Shown one piece after another: positions 26,001-38,971 of a stretch of DNA of 64,000 bases; position 1 is the first letter of the stretch; every line of letters starts with the position of its first letter. Under the pieces are notes generated by a model. The model had not been told where the DNA came from and did no database searches. It saw nothing but the letters and a program-made list of their open reading frames with translations. A program made the position numbers and the translations under genes. This stretch comes from Octopus vulgaris (taxonomy: Eukaryota): assembly GCA_951406725.2 (NCBI GenBank), contig OX597814.1, positions 123,566,001-123,630,000 of the forward strand, written 5' to 3'.

Positions 26001-29000
26001 TTTTCTCCTTTCCCTTCACCCCTGCTGCGTGATTTTGGACAAATATATAAAAACACTGCGCTCATTATTATATTATGAAATTCATTTAATATCCAAGTTG
26101 GTTTAAAAACTGATTTAATATCCATTTGATATCTAGGTAGGTTTCAAAACTGATATATTTCCTGTTTGTTTTTTTTTCTTTTTAAATCAACTTTAGTATA
26201 TTATTAGCCTGTGTGTAAGAAAAATCAGGGTATAGTAATCACTCATCTTTGTCTGTTTGTCTGTGTGTTTGCAAAATTACTAGAGAATGACTGAATGGAT
26301 TTTCACCAAATTTGGCAGAAATACTCATTGGGCATGTGGCACAAAATAATGAAAATTTGGTTTGATTATCTTCAAGCATACATGAATATATACATAGATA
26401 TGTGACTCTGTGTGTGTGTATGTATGTTTTTGTGTATGTGGGGGGGTGCGTGTGCAAGTGCATGTGTACAATGATGGATTTGAGGGTTTTGTTTATTTAC
26501 AAGTTGATTCCTTAATTTCACCAGTGTATAAATACCTTTAATGGTGATATTTAAATTTTTTTTTAAAATCTAGCTTACAAACTTTTTAGTGAGCAAGTGA
26601 TCATATTATTTATATCCTACAATGAACTACAGTACATTTGATTCACCTGCCAAAATTGAAAGATGTTCAAAGCACTTCTCAAATTCTATGCAATATTTTC
26701 TGTAAGTATTCATTTTGTTCACTTGCTTTTTCATATGAATCAACCCTCATTTGCATGTGTATAGATCATGGTATACTTATGCACGTAGACATATGTGGAT
26801 ACATACATACATAGCTATGTGACTCTGTGTGTGTGCATGTGTCCAGTGATGGATTCGAGGGTTTTGTTTATTTACGAGTTGATTTCCTAATTTCACTGGA
26901 GTATGAATACCTGTAATGGTGATTCTTAAAAAAAAAATGCTTTTTAGATCGAACTTAAAAATTTCCCGATAAGCAAATTTAGACAAACAATTACAAAGCT
27001 TAATTCATTTCAATTAAAAATCATGGGTAAGCAACGTTATGATTTGCGGAAAAATTTATCTAGCTGCAGGGTATGCATCATCCCTCTGATGCCATGTTTT
27101 CTCATTTCTCATTTTCTTTCTTTTCTTTGTTTCAGTTATTGGACTGTGCCCATGCTGGGGCACCAACTTGAAGGGTTTTAGTTGAAGAAATTGATTTCAC
27201 TTCTTATTTGTTAAGTCGGGCATTTAATGTCAGTCTCTATTACTGAACTGCTAGGTTATAGGAAGCATAAAAAAAAACAATGCTAGGAGTCACATAATGG
27301 TGGTATGGGACAGACACAGAGACACACATATATATATATATATAAATTAATAAATAAAACATATGCATATATACATACATATATGTACGTACCTACCTCT
27401 ACATGTATATATACACGCATATATGGGTACAGGATGCCAAAAAAACGTTGAACACAATGAGAAACGAAAACATAAACACAAAACCAAGGAACTGGACATT
27501 TTTCTTAAACAACAAAAAAATAGAGTACAGGACAAATAACACAAGGAAAATTCCCCTTCTTCAGTCGCCATGGTTTCATCTACTCTGTGTTTCAAAGGTG
27601 AAGGCGATACGCATCTTTGATAGAAACTTTCCTTCCCGTGAAAAGCAAATTAGATAAAATTTGAGATCTTTTTGCAGAGGGGTAAAAATGGTAACAAAAA
27701 CAGGACAGTAATGACAGTACAAAATATAAACAGTAAAAGACAGGACAAGGAGAATAAAAAGACAAGAAGCTGAACAAGAAAAAGTATTACGAACGCTATT
27801 TTTGAGAACGGCAAAGGAGCAACAGAAAATGCCGTCCACACTTCAAGGAAGTCAAGCCAGAAAGACAGTAGCAGAGCTCTCATCGCAGATCAATGACGGG
27901 AGGGAGGAGGAGGAGCAAGAGACATACATATATATACATACAGCATATACACATATGCCCACACATATATATACACAAATGGCTTCCACAGTTTCCATCT
28001 TCAAAATTCACTCACAAAGCATTGGTCAGCCTGGGGTCATGCAGTGGAATTGAACCCCTAACCACACAGTTGTAAAGTGAGTTTTGTAACCAGAAAGCTA
28101 TGCCTGCACCCAATGTGAAAATTATATCTGTTTTGCATGCTTCTATGTGTCAAGTTGTAGGTTGAAGTTATCATTGGACTTTGTTGGTGTTGGTGGTGGT
28201 GGTGATGGTTGTGGAAATTATTCTGCTAATAAAAGCACACATTTTGGTTGTGGTTCTCTTTTTTGTTATTGCTTACTTACTTAATTAGTTAATTAATCAG
28301 TTAATTGGTTGGTCTTTTGTTGCACTTCTGTGATATTTCACCTGACTTCTTTTTACACATTAATGCCACAGCAACTCCATGCTAACAACACACACATGCA
28401 CACACACACATGCACACATGCATGCACGTGCACACACACACACAAATATATATACATTATTTGCAAGTATTTGGTGACCCTGTCAGTGCTGATACCACAT
28501 AAAAGCACCCAGTCCACATTGGGTGGCATCTGGAAGGGTATCCAGCCATAAAAACCTTGCCAAAACTGACCTTGCCTGTGCTCGTGTCAGGTAAAAAGTA
28601 CTAAGTCCACTCTGCTGAGTGGTTGGTGTTAGGAAGGGCATACAGCTGGAAAAAATCCTGCCAAAAGAGTTAGAGAAGCCTGGCTGGCTCTTGTCAAACC
28701 GTCCCAACCATGCCAGCATGGAAGGTGGAAGGTGGATGTTAAACAATGATGATGATAATGATGATGATGATGATGATATATATATATAAGCGTAGGAGTG
28801 GCTGTGTGGTAAGTAGCTTGCTTACCAACCACATGGTTTTCTGGGTTCAGTCTCACTGCATGGTACCTTGGGCAAGTGTCTTCTACTATAGCCTTGGGCC
28901 GACCAAAGCCTTGTGAGTGGATTTGGTAGAGAGAAACTGAAAGAAGCCCGTCGTATATATGTATATATATGTATATATATATATCATCATCACCATCATT

Positions 29001-29488
29001 ACCATTTAGCCTGTGTTTTCTATGCTAACATGGGTAAGATGGTCTGACTAGATGGATCTGGAAAGCTGCACCAGGTTCCAGTCTGTTTTGTCTAGGTTTT
29101 CTATGGCTGGATGTCCTTCCTAACACTAACCATTCCATAAAGTGTCTTTTATGTGTCACTGGCACGAGCCCCTTTCATATGTCACCACCTCTGACCACAA
29201 CTACAATTTCGTTTGAAGTGTCTTCTCAAACACTGCAGATTGCTAAAAGTCTTGATCACTTGTCATCAACACCATGAGACTCAACATTTGAAGATCATGC
29301 TTCATCACTTCATCCTATGTCTTCCTGGGTCTACAGGTTCCCTCCACATTTAGAGATTGGTACTTATTTATGCAGCTGTCTACAAATGTATACATTTGTG
29401 TGTGTGTGTGTATGTTTGTGTATATGTGTGTATATATGTCTGTGTACGTGTGTGTTTGTGTATATGTGTATATGTATGATGTGCTTGT

Positions 29489-30390
29489 GGCTAGATCCCC
29501 TCAGAGTCACCAGCTTCCACAGTAATGGCTCAAGAGTAAATACGTATAGAAGCAACGAGAGGGGGCATCCCTGATGGACTGAATGTGCAATGTCGAAAGG
29601 TCTCGATAGATGTCCATTTATGCGAATTACCGAACGGACACCTCTGTACAAAGCAGCTATCCATCTGTGGAAGATGGGACCGAAACCAGCCACTCTGAGG
29701 ACAACCTCCAAGTATCGATGGTCTACCCTATCGAAAGCTTTCGATTGATCCAAATTGATCAGGGCCCTACCCATGCCAGGTTCCTTAACTACCCTGTCTA
29801 TGATGTAGCGCATCAGATGGAGGTTGTCATGGATGCTCTGGCCCGGCACGGCGCACGTTTGCGCCTTGTCAACCAGTTTCTCGATGACAAGCGGCAACCA
29901 CTTGGCTAACACCTTGGCCAAAATTTTCAAGTCTGCATTGAGCAGAGTGATGGGCCTAAAGTTATCTATTACGTCCCTCTTATTTGGGTCTTTCTTCAGC
30001 AGTGTTACGGTTCCTCAGCTCCCGTTTTGCTGCCAGTTGCAGTACACTGCTGCCAAGACATCTCCAAACAAGTCTGACATACAGCTGTAAAGCTCGTAGG
30101 GTAGACCATTAAAACCCAGCGATTTGTCCCTCAAGCATTCTGCCATCACGTCCCACACTTCCACCGCCATGATGGCACCTTCGCAGCACCCTGCCTCTCT
30201 TGTCGAGAGTCATGACAGGCTGTGTAGGTAGGCACTGAAGGCCACCCTACGTTCTTGCCTGTCACTTGTCCTGAACAGTTGGGCAAAATGCTGTTGAAAG
30301 GCCTCACACATTTTACTTGGCTCGAGTAATTCGTGCCCCTGTTCATCTACTAGGAACTGAATGGTGGCTTTGTTGCCCTGTTGCGCCCAT
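29489..30390 (-). mobile_element. Tx1/L1-clade LINE reverse-transcriptase fragment
   Basis: NFRPITLLNADLKILAKVLA...INLDQSKAFDRVDH...SVHQGCPLSLLLY; truncated before the YADD motif by a microsatellite. Confidence 0.85.
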
Positions 30391-30895
30391 ATCGAGCATA
30401 AACATAGTTTTTATATGCCCAAATCGGGTGTAAACATTTTTCAATTAGTTCTGGTGGTGCTTGCTCTGATCTGCACGTTTTTGCACTTAAAATTTTGTAT
30501 GCTATTGTTCTCTTTTGAGTGGTGTCTATAGATAGATAGACTGATTGATAGATATTTTTTCATATAAAGATATGCAAAAGAATGTGTTTGTAAAGCTAAA
30601 CAAGGCATAAATAGAGAAAATATGAATGTGCGGCCTGGCTGTTTGACTGTGTGACTGTCTGACTGACCGACTCTCTCACTGACAATATGAATGGATTAGA
30701 AATAGAGAGGTAAATAAAACAATCCATGTCACCTGATAGAATGGTAAAGCAACATAACAAATAAAGGCATATATTAATGCATGCACATGGGCATGTATGC
30801 ATATGACATGTGTGTGTGTGTATGATGAAATCCAGAGCTAAAATGAAAATAACAAAAACAAAATATAAAAAAACCTATGCAGCATATATATATAT

Positions 30896-31868
30896 TGTTA
30901 CGTACCACCTGCCGTCGCTCAAACTTCTTCGGAACCCGGGACCCTACCAAGTTGAGCGATGACGATTGCACCGGCCCAGTCGAACGGAGAATTCACCACA
31001 CAGAAAGGACCCGGTGGGGGATGGCAGCGAACTCGGCAACCGGCGACCGGAGAGAACAACAACAACTGCAGGAAGAGACACGGCGGAAGGCAATTGGCTT
31101 AAATTTAACAACAGTTTATGACAATCATTGCAATATCAGATACAATGTAAAATACATCAGATACATCAAAGAAAATACAAGCAACAGAATCAACAGCATG
31201 CATATACAATACAGTCCGGAGACAACAGTTCAAATCAGTTCAATCAAATAATGTTCACAATACAGTTCAATGTTCAAATCACATTAAAGTCTTTCTCTTT
31301 CTTTTTCTTTTCAACACAGTTCTTTCTTTTTTTCCTCTTTCCTTCTCTCTCTTTTTTCACATCAATTCTCTTTTCTTTAACAACTCTTTTTAACACAATT
31401 CACATCAAAACATAAACAACACATACCGTTACATTTTCTAGTTACAACAGCTTCAGAAACTCCCACCACGAATAGCCAATGCCTTCATGCCGTAATCCTT
31501 CTCTCAGTTCCTCAATCCTATCTGCCTGTCTTCCTCTACGCTGTCTGTCTCTCTCAACGATGTAGCTGCCTTCGCCATCGCCACCTTCCTGGCTGACCGT
31601 CCGTATCACTCCCGTCTCTGGCCAAAACTGACGACCAACTGCTTGCAATCCCAACTGCCGACTGACTCCAAAAACTCCAGCGCGTCACGTTTTTAAAGGG
31701 GTGGTTCCTCGACCCTTCTTTGACCGGAACAAGGCCAAAGGTCTCCTCCGAATACATAAACCTCCCCAGAAACTGACAGAACAAAAGATTTACCCGTCTG
31801 CTTGATGCCAGATCACAAAAGTAGGTCGCAGCACTCATATTTTCTGAACTGAACTGACCTCCATATCA
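30896..31868. mobile_element. Probable solo LTR (Gypsy-like)
   Basis: 973-bp CpG-richer block with TG...CA ends (tgtta/tatca), flanked by ATAT on both sides within (AT)n; no coding capacity. Confidence 0.6.
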
Positions 31869-32648
31869 ATATATATATATATACACTCTATAATCACCAA
31901 TCTTGCTGGTGTATTCATACAAAGACCTTTATAACTATGCATGAAACATTGTGTCAATCATAACAATGCAAACACACACACACACACACTCAGTATGTAT
32001 CTATGTACTCAACAACATATAAATAACACAAAAAGATACAAAAGCAAACATTTGCAGTTGCAGGAGTTGTGTTGAGTTTGAGCAGAGTTTGTATGAGTGA
32101 GTTAAGTCAAGGAAAAGGTCAAGTAATGAGACAGAAAACTTTGGACAAACTAACCAATAAAACATCATCATCATCATCATCGTTGTCATTGTTGTCGTCG
32201 TTGTCATCATCATCGCCACCACCACCACCATCACCATCATCATCATCATCATCATTGTTATTATCATTTAACCCTTTAGCATTTCAACAAGCAATATAGG
32301 GGCCCAAGCATTTAACCTGTTTCATGTTGAAACCGAGTGAAAATCAGGCCTCTCTCACCACATCCCCACGAAGTGATTCTAAAACAATCACACATCATTA
32401 AAATCTCTAAACTACAAGATAATGCATGATTAATTCGAACAATATAACTAAACGAACATTACATTTGACAGAGTAATCTGAACACTAAAGGGTTAACATT
32501 TGTTTTCCATGCTGGCATGGGTTAGACAGTTTGACAGGAGCTGGCAAGCTGGAGAGGTGCAGTAGCCTCCACTTGTCTGCATTGGCAAGACTTCTACAGC
32601 TGGATGCCCTTCCTGACACCAAACACTTTACAGAGTCTACTGGGTGCA

Positions 32649-32883
32649 AGGTGGCGAGCTGGCAGAAATGCTAGCATGCCAGGTGAAATGCATAGCCATA
32701 TTTCGTCTGCCGTTACGTTCTGAGTTCAAATTCTGCCGAGGTCGACTTTGCCTTTCATCCTTTCAGGGTTGATAAATTAAGTACCAGTTACGCACTGGGG
32801 TCAATGTAATCGACTTAATCCGTTTGTCTGTCCTTGTTTGTCCCCTCTATGTTTAGCCCCTTGTGGGCAATAAGGAAATAAGA
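32649..32883 (+). mobile_element. tRNA-derived SINE, family A (copies e.g. 4390-4770 -, 7796-8025 -, 10685-10900 -, 13515-13930 -, tandem copies at 21710-22355 and 53665-54110)
   Basis: Head ggcgagctggcagaa, B-box gagttcaaattc, body gcctttcatcctttcggggtcgataaattaagtaccag. Confidence 0.8.
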
Positions 32884-33817
32884 AATTGAAAGATACCCAT
32901 TGTATATATATTTGTGTGTGTGTGTGTGTGTTTGTCCCCTACCACTTATTAACAACTGATGTTGGTGTGTATATGTACCATTAACTTAGTGGTTCAGCAA
33001 AAGATACTGATAGAATAAGTGCCAGGCTTAGAAAAACAAGTACTTGGGTCAATGCAATCGGCTAAAATTCTTCAAAGCAGTGCCCCAATGTGGCCCCAGT
33101 TTAAACGACCAAAACAAGTAAAAGATAGAAGATAAAAGAAATCTGTCATATTGACCTCATCAATGACCACAACCTCATAAGTCTGGAAGGGTTTGGAAAG
33201 GTCATTGCTGTTATCCTGCACACCAAAACAAAACAGTAATATTTATTATTTTACTTTACTGAATATAATGTATAATAACAAACGTTATTAAAATAGAATG
33301 TCATTGAAAGCAGATGAACAACCACTTGTAGAAATAATTAATTTGTTTTATTCAAAACAATGTAGGGTAGGATATTATGACTGTTGATCTGGTGATGTTT
33401 TAGTTTTCTAATTCTGTCCATTGTCTCCAATGAGTGAATAACAAATGTGCACAATATTTCTTTCACATGAACTCATATCATGAATTTTCTACAAAATGTC
33501 AAAGGTAAACTGGTTGAACATGTATATTTAAGAGTATAGCACTAATTGATTATGAGAAATAAAGAAAATATTTGAATGAGATTTTCTATAAATGGTCTGT
33601 AAGTTCACTAAATATTTATTATAGTGAAATGCAATCAGAAATATATCAGTTCAAGAGAATATATATTCAGTATATTTTAGATAAATAGATTAAAAAGATG
33701 TAGGGTTAGTTATTGTCAATATTCATGTCTTCACTAGGGAGGATCAAAAAATATTTCAGCTCTGACCCATTTTAGAGTACTGGTCATATATCTGGAACAG
33801 TGTTGTTACTACATATA

Positions 33818-34108
33818 ATAATGAAATTATTGTATACAGTGGTCAGGGGCACCACAACTTGTCAAAAGTGCATATAAAGCATATGCAATAATGTACAAAT
33901 GCCTGGAAAGTGAACAGTATATGAGTTAGATACATGCTTGCATGTGTATGGAGGGGAGAAAATCAGGTGTAGTGTTGGTGAATCTCGGGAAGCATGGAAG
34001 TTTTGAAGGATGCAGTGCTCCGACAACTAACAACTGATGCCGGCAGTTTGTTCCATGCTTCAGCAACAGTTAGCATGAAAAAATGTTTCCGAAAGTCATG
34101 GGAGCACT
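33818..34108 (-). mobile_element. CR1-like LINE 3' end (further copies at about 62976-63100 and 63165-63430)
   Basis: Translates to RKHFFMLTVAEAWNKLPASVV...SFKTSM (CR1/L2 WN.LP C-terminus), with an (ATT)n tail. Confidence 0.75.
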
Positions 34109-34624
34109 TTAGAGCACTTTTAAAAGAAGGCTGGGTGTATTATTGATACAGACTCACTCACCAGCACATCATAACCACTGGCTTGCAAAATGTGCTGTTT
34201 CCTCTCTCCAACCACTTTTATTACTACTGCTTCAACAGCATCTGCTCTTTTGAATTAGTAAATTATATAACTTTTCCCATTCCTCCTATCAGATGTGATT
34301 GCCTTTCCTCTACTTGACACCCTTGCTGTACTCCTTGCACCTTAGATGTTGTAGTAAATATTGGGTTGTCAGATCAATTTGTTTGTTTATATTTTTCCAT
34401 TTGAATTAATACTCTCTTTTACTCTTTTACTTGTTTCAGTCATTTGACTGCAGCCATGCTGGAGCACCACCTTTAGTTGAGGAAATTGACCCCAGGATTT
34501 ATTCTTTGTTAGCCTAGTACTTATTCTATCAGTCTCTTTTGCCAAACTGCTAAGTTACGGGGATGTAAACACACCAGCATCAGTTGTCAAGTGATGTTGG
34601 TGGGGGACAAACACAGACACACAC

Positions 34625-34694
<70 letters not shown>

Positions 34695-36138
34695 TTCCTG
34701 AGAACTGAATTCCCAGAATGGATTCAGTTCTCACTTGGAACACTCTACCTACATTACAAGATAAAGGTATAGTTATGTGGTTAAGAACTTCGCTATGCAA
34801 GCTCAAGTTTCTGAATTTGATCCCACTGGGATGAGGTGGTGAAGCATGACCTTCAAACATTTGGCCTCACCGAGGCAATGACTAGTGACCGGGACCTCTG
34901 GAAATATGCTGTGCTTGAGAAGACTCAGCAAGCGCAAGTGAGACCATAACTTTGTAGCCTATGCCAGGGGTGTAACCAGTCCACTTTTGCATGCCTTTCC
35001 TTCATTGGACACTTAACTCTGAGTGCGAAGACCTGTTGAGGCAAGTGAAATCGAAATCAAATTTGATGACTGGCATCCGTTGCTAGTGGAGCGCTAAGAG
35101 TACCGTATGAGTGAGATTGTTGCCAGAGCAACAAGCTGGCCTCTGTGCAATGACACGTTAAAAACACCATTCGAGCGTGATTGTTACCTGCGTTGCCTTA
35201 CTAGTATTTGTGCTGGTGGCACATGAAAAAACATTCGAGGAGGTCGTTGCTAGTGCCGCTGGACTGGCTCCTGTGTAGGTGGCACATAAAAAGCACCATT
35301 TGAGCGTGGCCATTGCCAGTACTGCCTGACTGGCCCTTGTGCTGGTGGCAGGTAAAAGCACCCACTACACTCTCGGAGTGGTTGGCATTAGGAAGAGCAT
35401 CCAGCTGTAGAAACTCTGCCAGATCAGATTGGAGTCTGGTGCAGCCATCTGGTTCGCCAGAGCTCAGTCAAATCGTCCAACCCATGCTAGCATGGAAAGC
35501 GGACGTTAAACGATGATGATAATGATGATGTATCTCACCTCTGGGCATGTGGGTTTTTTAAAATGGGTCTAAAGCTTGCAAGGGAAATTAAAGAGAAAGA
35601 CAAGTTTTTAACAAATGTTGTATTAATTTAATGTGTAAAAAGAAAGTAATGAACTTTGACATTTCAGATACTTGCTCTTCTTCATCATCATCATCATCAT
35701 CTAATACACACACACATATGGTTGAGGATGAATGCATGTACAGTGGCATTATTGTATCTGATTTAAGAGCAATACTGAATGGAGCATTGTTAAAAGATGG
35801 AGCATTTTCTGGCCTTCAAGGGAAGGGTCAGTCAGAAAAATCAAGGCAAGATATATGTATAGGTGCAGGAGTGGCTGTGTGATAAGTAGCTTGCTTACCA
35901 ACCACATGGTTCCGGGTTCAGGCCTACTGCGTGGCACCTTGGGCAAGTGTCTTCTACTATAACCTCGGGCCGACCAAAGCCTTGTGAGTGGATTTGGTAG
36001 ACGGAAACTGAAAGAAGCCCATCATATACATGTATATGTATATATATATATATATATACATACATAATGATGACGTTAAACGATGATGATGATGTCCAAC
36101 CCATGCTAGCATGGAGAACGGACGTTAAACGAAGATGA

Positions 36139-36185
<47 letters not shown>

Positions 36186-36317
36186 AAGAAATGAGGTACT
36201 CAGAAGATCGGATGGTTTATATTTACAGATATTTATTTGTATATTACATTTTTTATATACATATATATATCATATCACTTAGATCATTAGCGCTTTCTCC
36301 CAGTCTAGTGGGGTTTT

Positions 36318-36362
<45 letters not shown>

Positions 36363-36528
36363 AGATAGGGGTTGTAAATTCAACCCTCCATGGGATAACA
36401 TATATCCCATATACTGCTAGAGAAGTACCCAACAAAGCTAATACATAAATGTTAAGAATTGCGATGCAATTAATCCATTTACTGTATTAGGTGGGCAAAG
36501 GTAAAATTATTTTTACCATAAATTAATA

Positions 36529-37241
36529 ATACAAAATGAGAAAATGGAGAAATATATCTAAATCATTCATCAACTATCAGATAATACCGAATCATATACT
36601 TTATTAAAACACTACACAAGAGCATTTAGTAATGATGTTGTTAGTATAGCATTATTGACTTTTTGTAAAGTAACAAAAATTAATATAATGGACTATTTAC
36701 TATATATGTCTGCATTAAGTATGAATATATCTGTTGTAATTTCTTAATATTGGTTGATGAACTGTAACATTCAATATAGAACATTATTATGTTTATTGAT
36801 ATATACTGATTTATTTTATTTATATTATTATGTATGTGTATATGTGTATATATATAAGGATATGAGTATATATGCACTCATATTTATATTTATATGTAAA
36901 TGATTTTTGGTTATGTACTCATACTTACATTAGAATCTCCGAAGAGGCCGTAAGATAATTTTGTTAATGTCTCATTTATACCTGCAATATATGGCTAATA
37001 TAGGTTAAATGAGACATACCTATCTGCATGGCCGAAACAGCTGTCAGTTATAATGTATATGTATTTTTATATCTTGTTATATTTATTTAGTTATATCTCA
37101 TTATATTGATTGTAATTATTGTACTGTATTAATGTCTAATCTTAATGCTCTTGTGTAGTGTTTTAATAAAGTATATGATTCGGTATTATCTGATAGTTGA
37201 TGAATGATTTAGATATATTTCTCCATTTTCTCATTTTGTAT
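36529..37241. repeat. About 98-bp inverted repeat enclosing the hammerhead (Penelope-like terminal structure)
   Basis: 36529-36626 is the reverse complement of 37144-37241. Confidence 0.85.
36926..37057 (+). ncRNA. Type I hammerhead ribozyme motif (Penelope/retrozyme-like)
   Basis: CCGAAGA-GGCC...GGCC-GAAA-C AGCT G-TC core, long paired stem II, stem I closed by tacatta/taatgta. Confidence 0.72.
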
Positions 37242-37264
37242 ATATATATATATATATATGTATG

Positions 37265-37295
<31 letters not shown>

Positions 37296-38898
37296 TTGGC
37301 CCCCCCCCCCAACATCGCTTGACAACCGATGCTGGTGTGTTTACGTCCCCGTAACTTAGCGGTTCGGCAAAAAAGACCGATAGAATAAGTACTAGGCTTA
37401 CAAAGAATAAGTCCTGGAGTCGATTTGCTCGACTAAAGGTGGTGCTCCAGCATGGCCGCAGTAAAAATGACTGAAACAAGTAAAAGAGTATAAATTTAAT
37501 TACAGAAGAATCCACTACAGCTGATAGAATTTAATATCTGAAGTTCATGAAGATGGCAAGCTGTCAGAATCGTTAATACACTCGGCAAACTGTTTCCCTC
37601 TTTACGTTGAGAGTTCAAATTCTGCTGAGGTCGACTTTGCCTTTCATCCTAACAATGTCAATAAAATAATTACTAGTTGAGCACTGCATCGATATAATCA
37701 ATTTATCCTCTCCTCGAACTTGCTGGCCTTGAGCCGGATTAAAAAATATTATTTTCTCTCACTTATAAATAAGTAAAGTCCGAGGTTCAAGGAAGCTGGT
37801 GAATGCCTGTTTCAACAGCAAAAATTCTTGGATTAATAATTTTATTTTCTCTTAGGCGTAGACTTTTGCGAACTCCCCTTATAATTATGAGACAAATTTT
37901 ATTATAATACGAGCCCAAGCCAGAGTAAATGTTTTCTCAGTTTTGAAGTTAGTGGGATTGTCCAAGGAGAATGGGAAGAGGCCCAATGGATTTACCCTCG
38001 GCCTTTGGGTTAGAAGTATGTGATGCCCTTGTTAATGACGCCTTTTCTCTATCACAAAACCTAAATGTCGGGGAAGAGATGGGATTGGTTACGTTAGTGT
38101 AGTAACTGAAAAAGATGCTGAAATATTGTAATTTGTAGGTGAATTATATATTTTAACCTGCAGCATTCGAGACGTTTGAGAAGCCGAGCCGCTAACGACG
38201 CTGGAGTTCCGTCTTACTAAAGTATGAAGTATTTGTCATTAGAATGAGTCGCTTTTCCGACACCTTATCCTAGTGATAACTGGCGGCAAGACCGCGATTT
38301 ATATGGGGATGTCTTAAAACTTAATTTAGAGAAAAATTCCAGTATTCTTTGTATAAAATGTGTAACCCAGGAAGTGTGTGTACATTATTGATACTTTTAT
38401 ATTGTTATTATATTCTTAATGAATAAACATTACCGATCATGTACTGACATTATTTAATTATTGTAATCTAAATAAAGTTCGTGATATCATTTGTTTTACC
38501 TTAAACAAACTAAAGATTAACTCGATTCATTCCACCAGTTATACTTCAATTATTATTATTATTATTATTTATATTCCCTAACACGACAATTTTGACAGAT
38601 ATCTATTTGCTGCGGATCTATATTTTCTTCTGTTGTCAAAATTAAATTTTAGTCGGTAAAAGAAAATAGTTTTATTTGGAATAATTCCTTCATTAACTCT
38701 TTGTTTTAACTATTTAAACATGTTATGTACAACTCTGCGTATTAAAACACAATCGCAGTTTTTAAGATTATGCTGTATATGTTTAAAAGACGAGAATTTA
38801 AGTCTGCAGTAAATTGCGCGGGTAATTTGTTCTGTGGATCCATCTGTGTGCGGAAGCATTTAAATAAAGGAGTCTTTTAGATCTGTACTTAAGACAGG

Positions 38899-38971
38899 AT
38901 GGAAACTCTATCAGAAGAACTGAAATCTAAATTTCAGCTGGAAGATGACGAAAATGATGTTTTGGATAAAC
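38899..38971 (+). CDS. POLA2: DNA polymerase alpha subunit B coding exon 1
   Basis: METLSEELKSKFQLEDDENDVLDK(L), similar to the POLA2 N-terminus (L.EEL..F...); |gtaagt donor, phase 1. Confidence 0.85.

Noticed and set aside
27550-27600. CTGAAGA and GAAA motifs on the - strand suggesting a hammerhead
   Set aside because: Could not build consistent stems I-III; probably a decayed repeat terminus.
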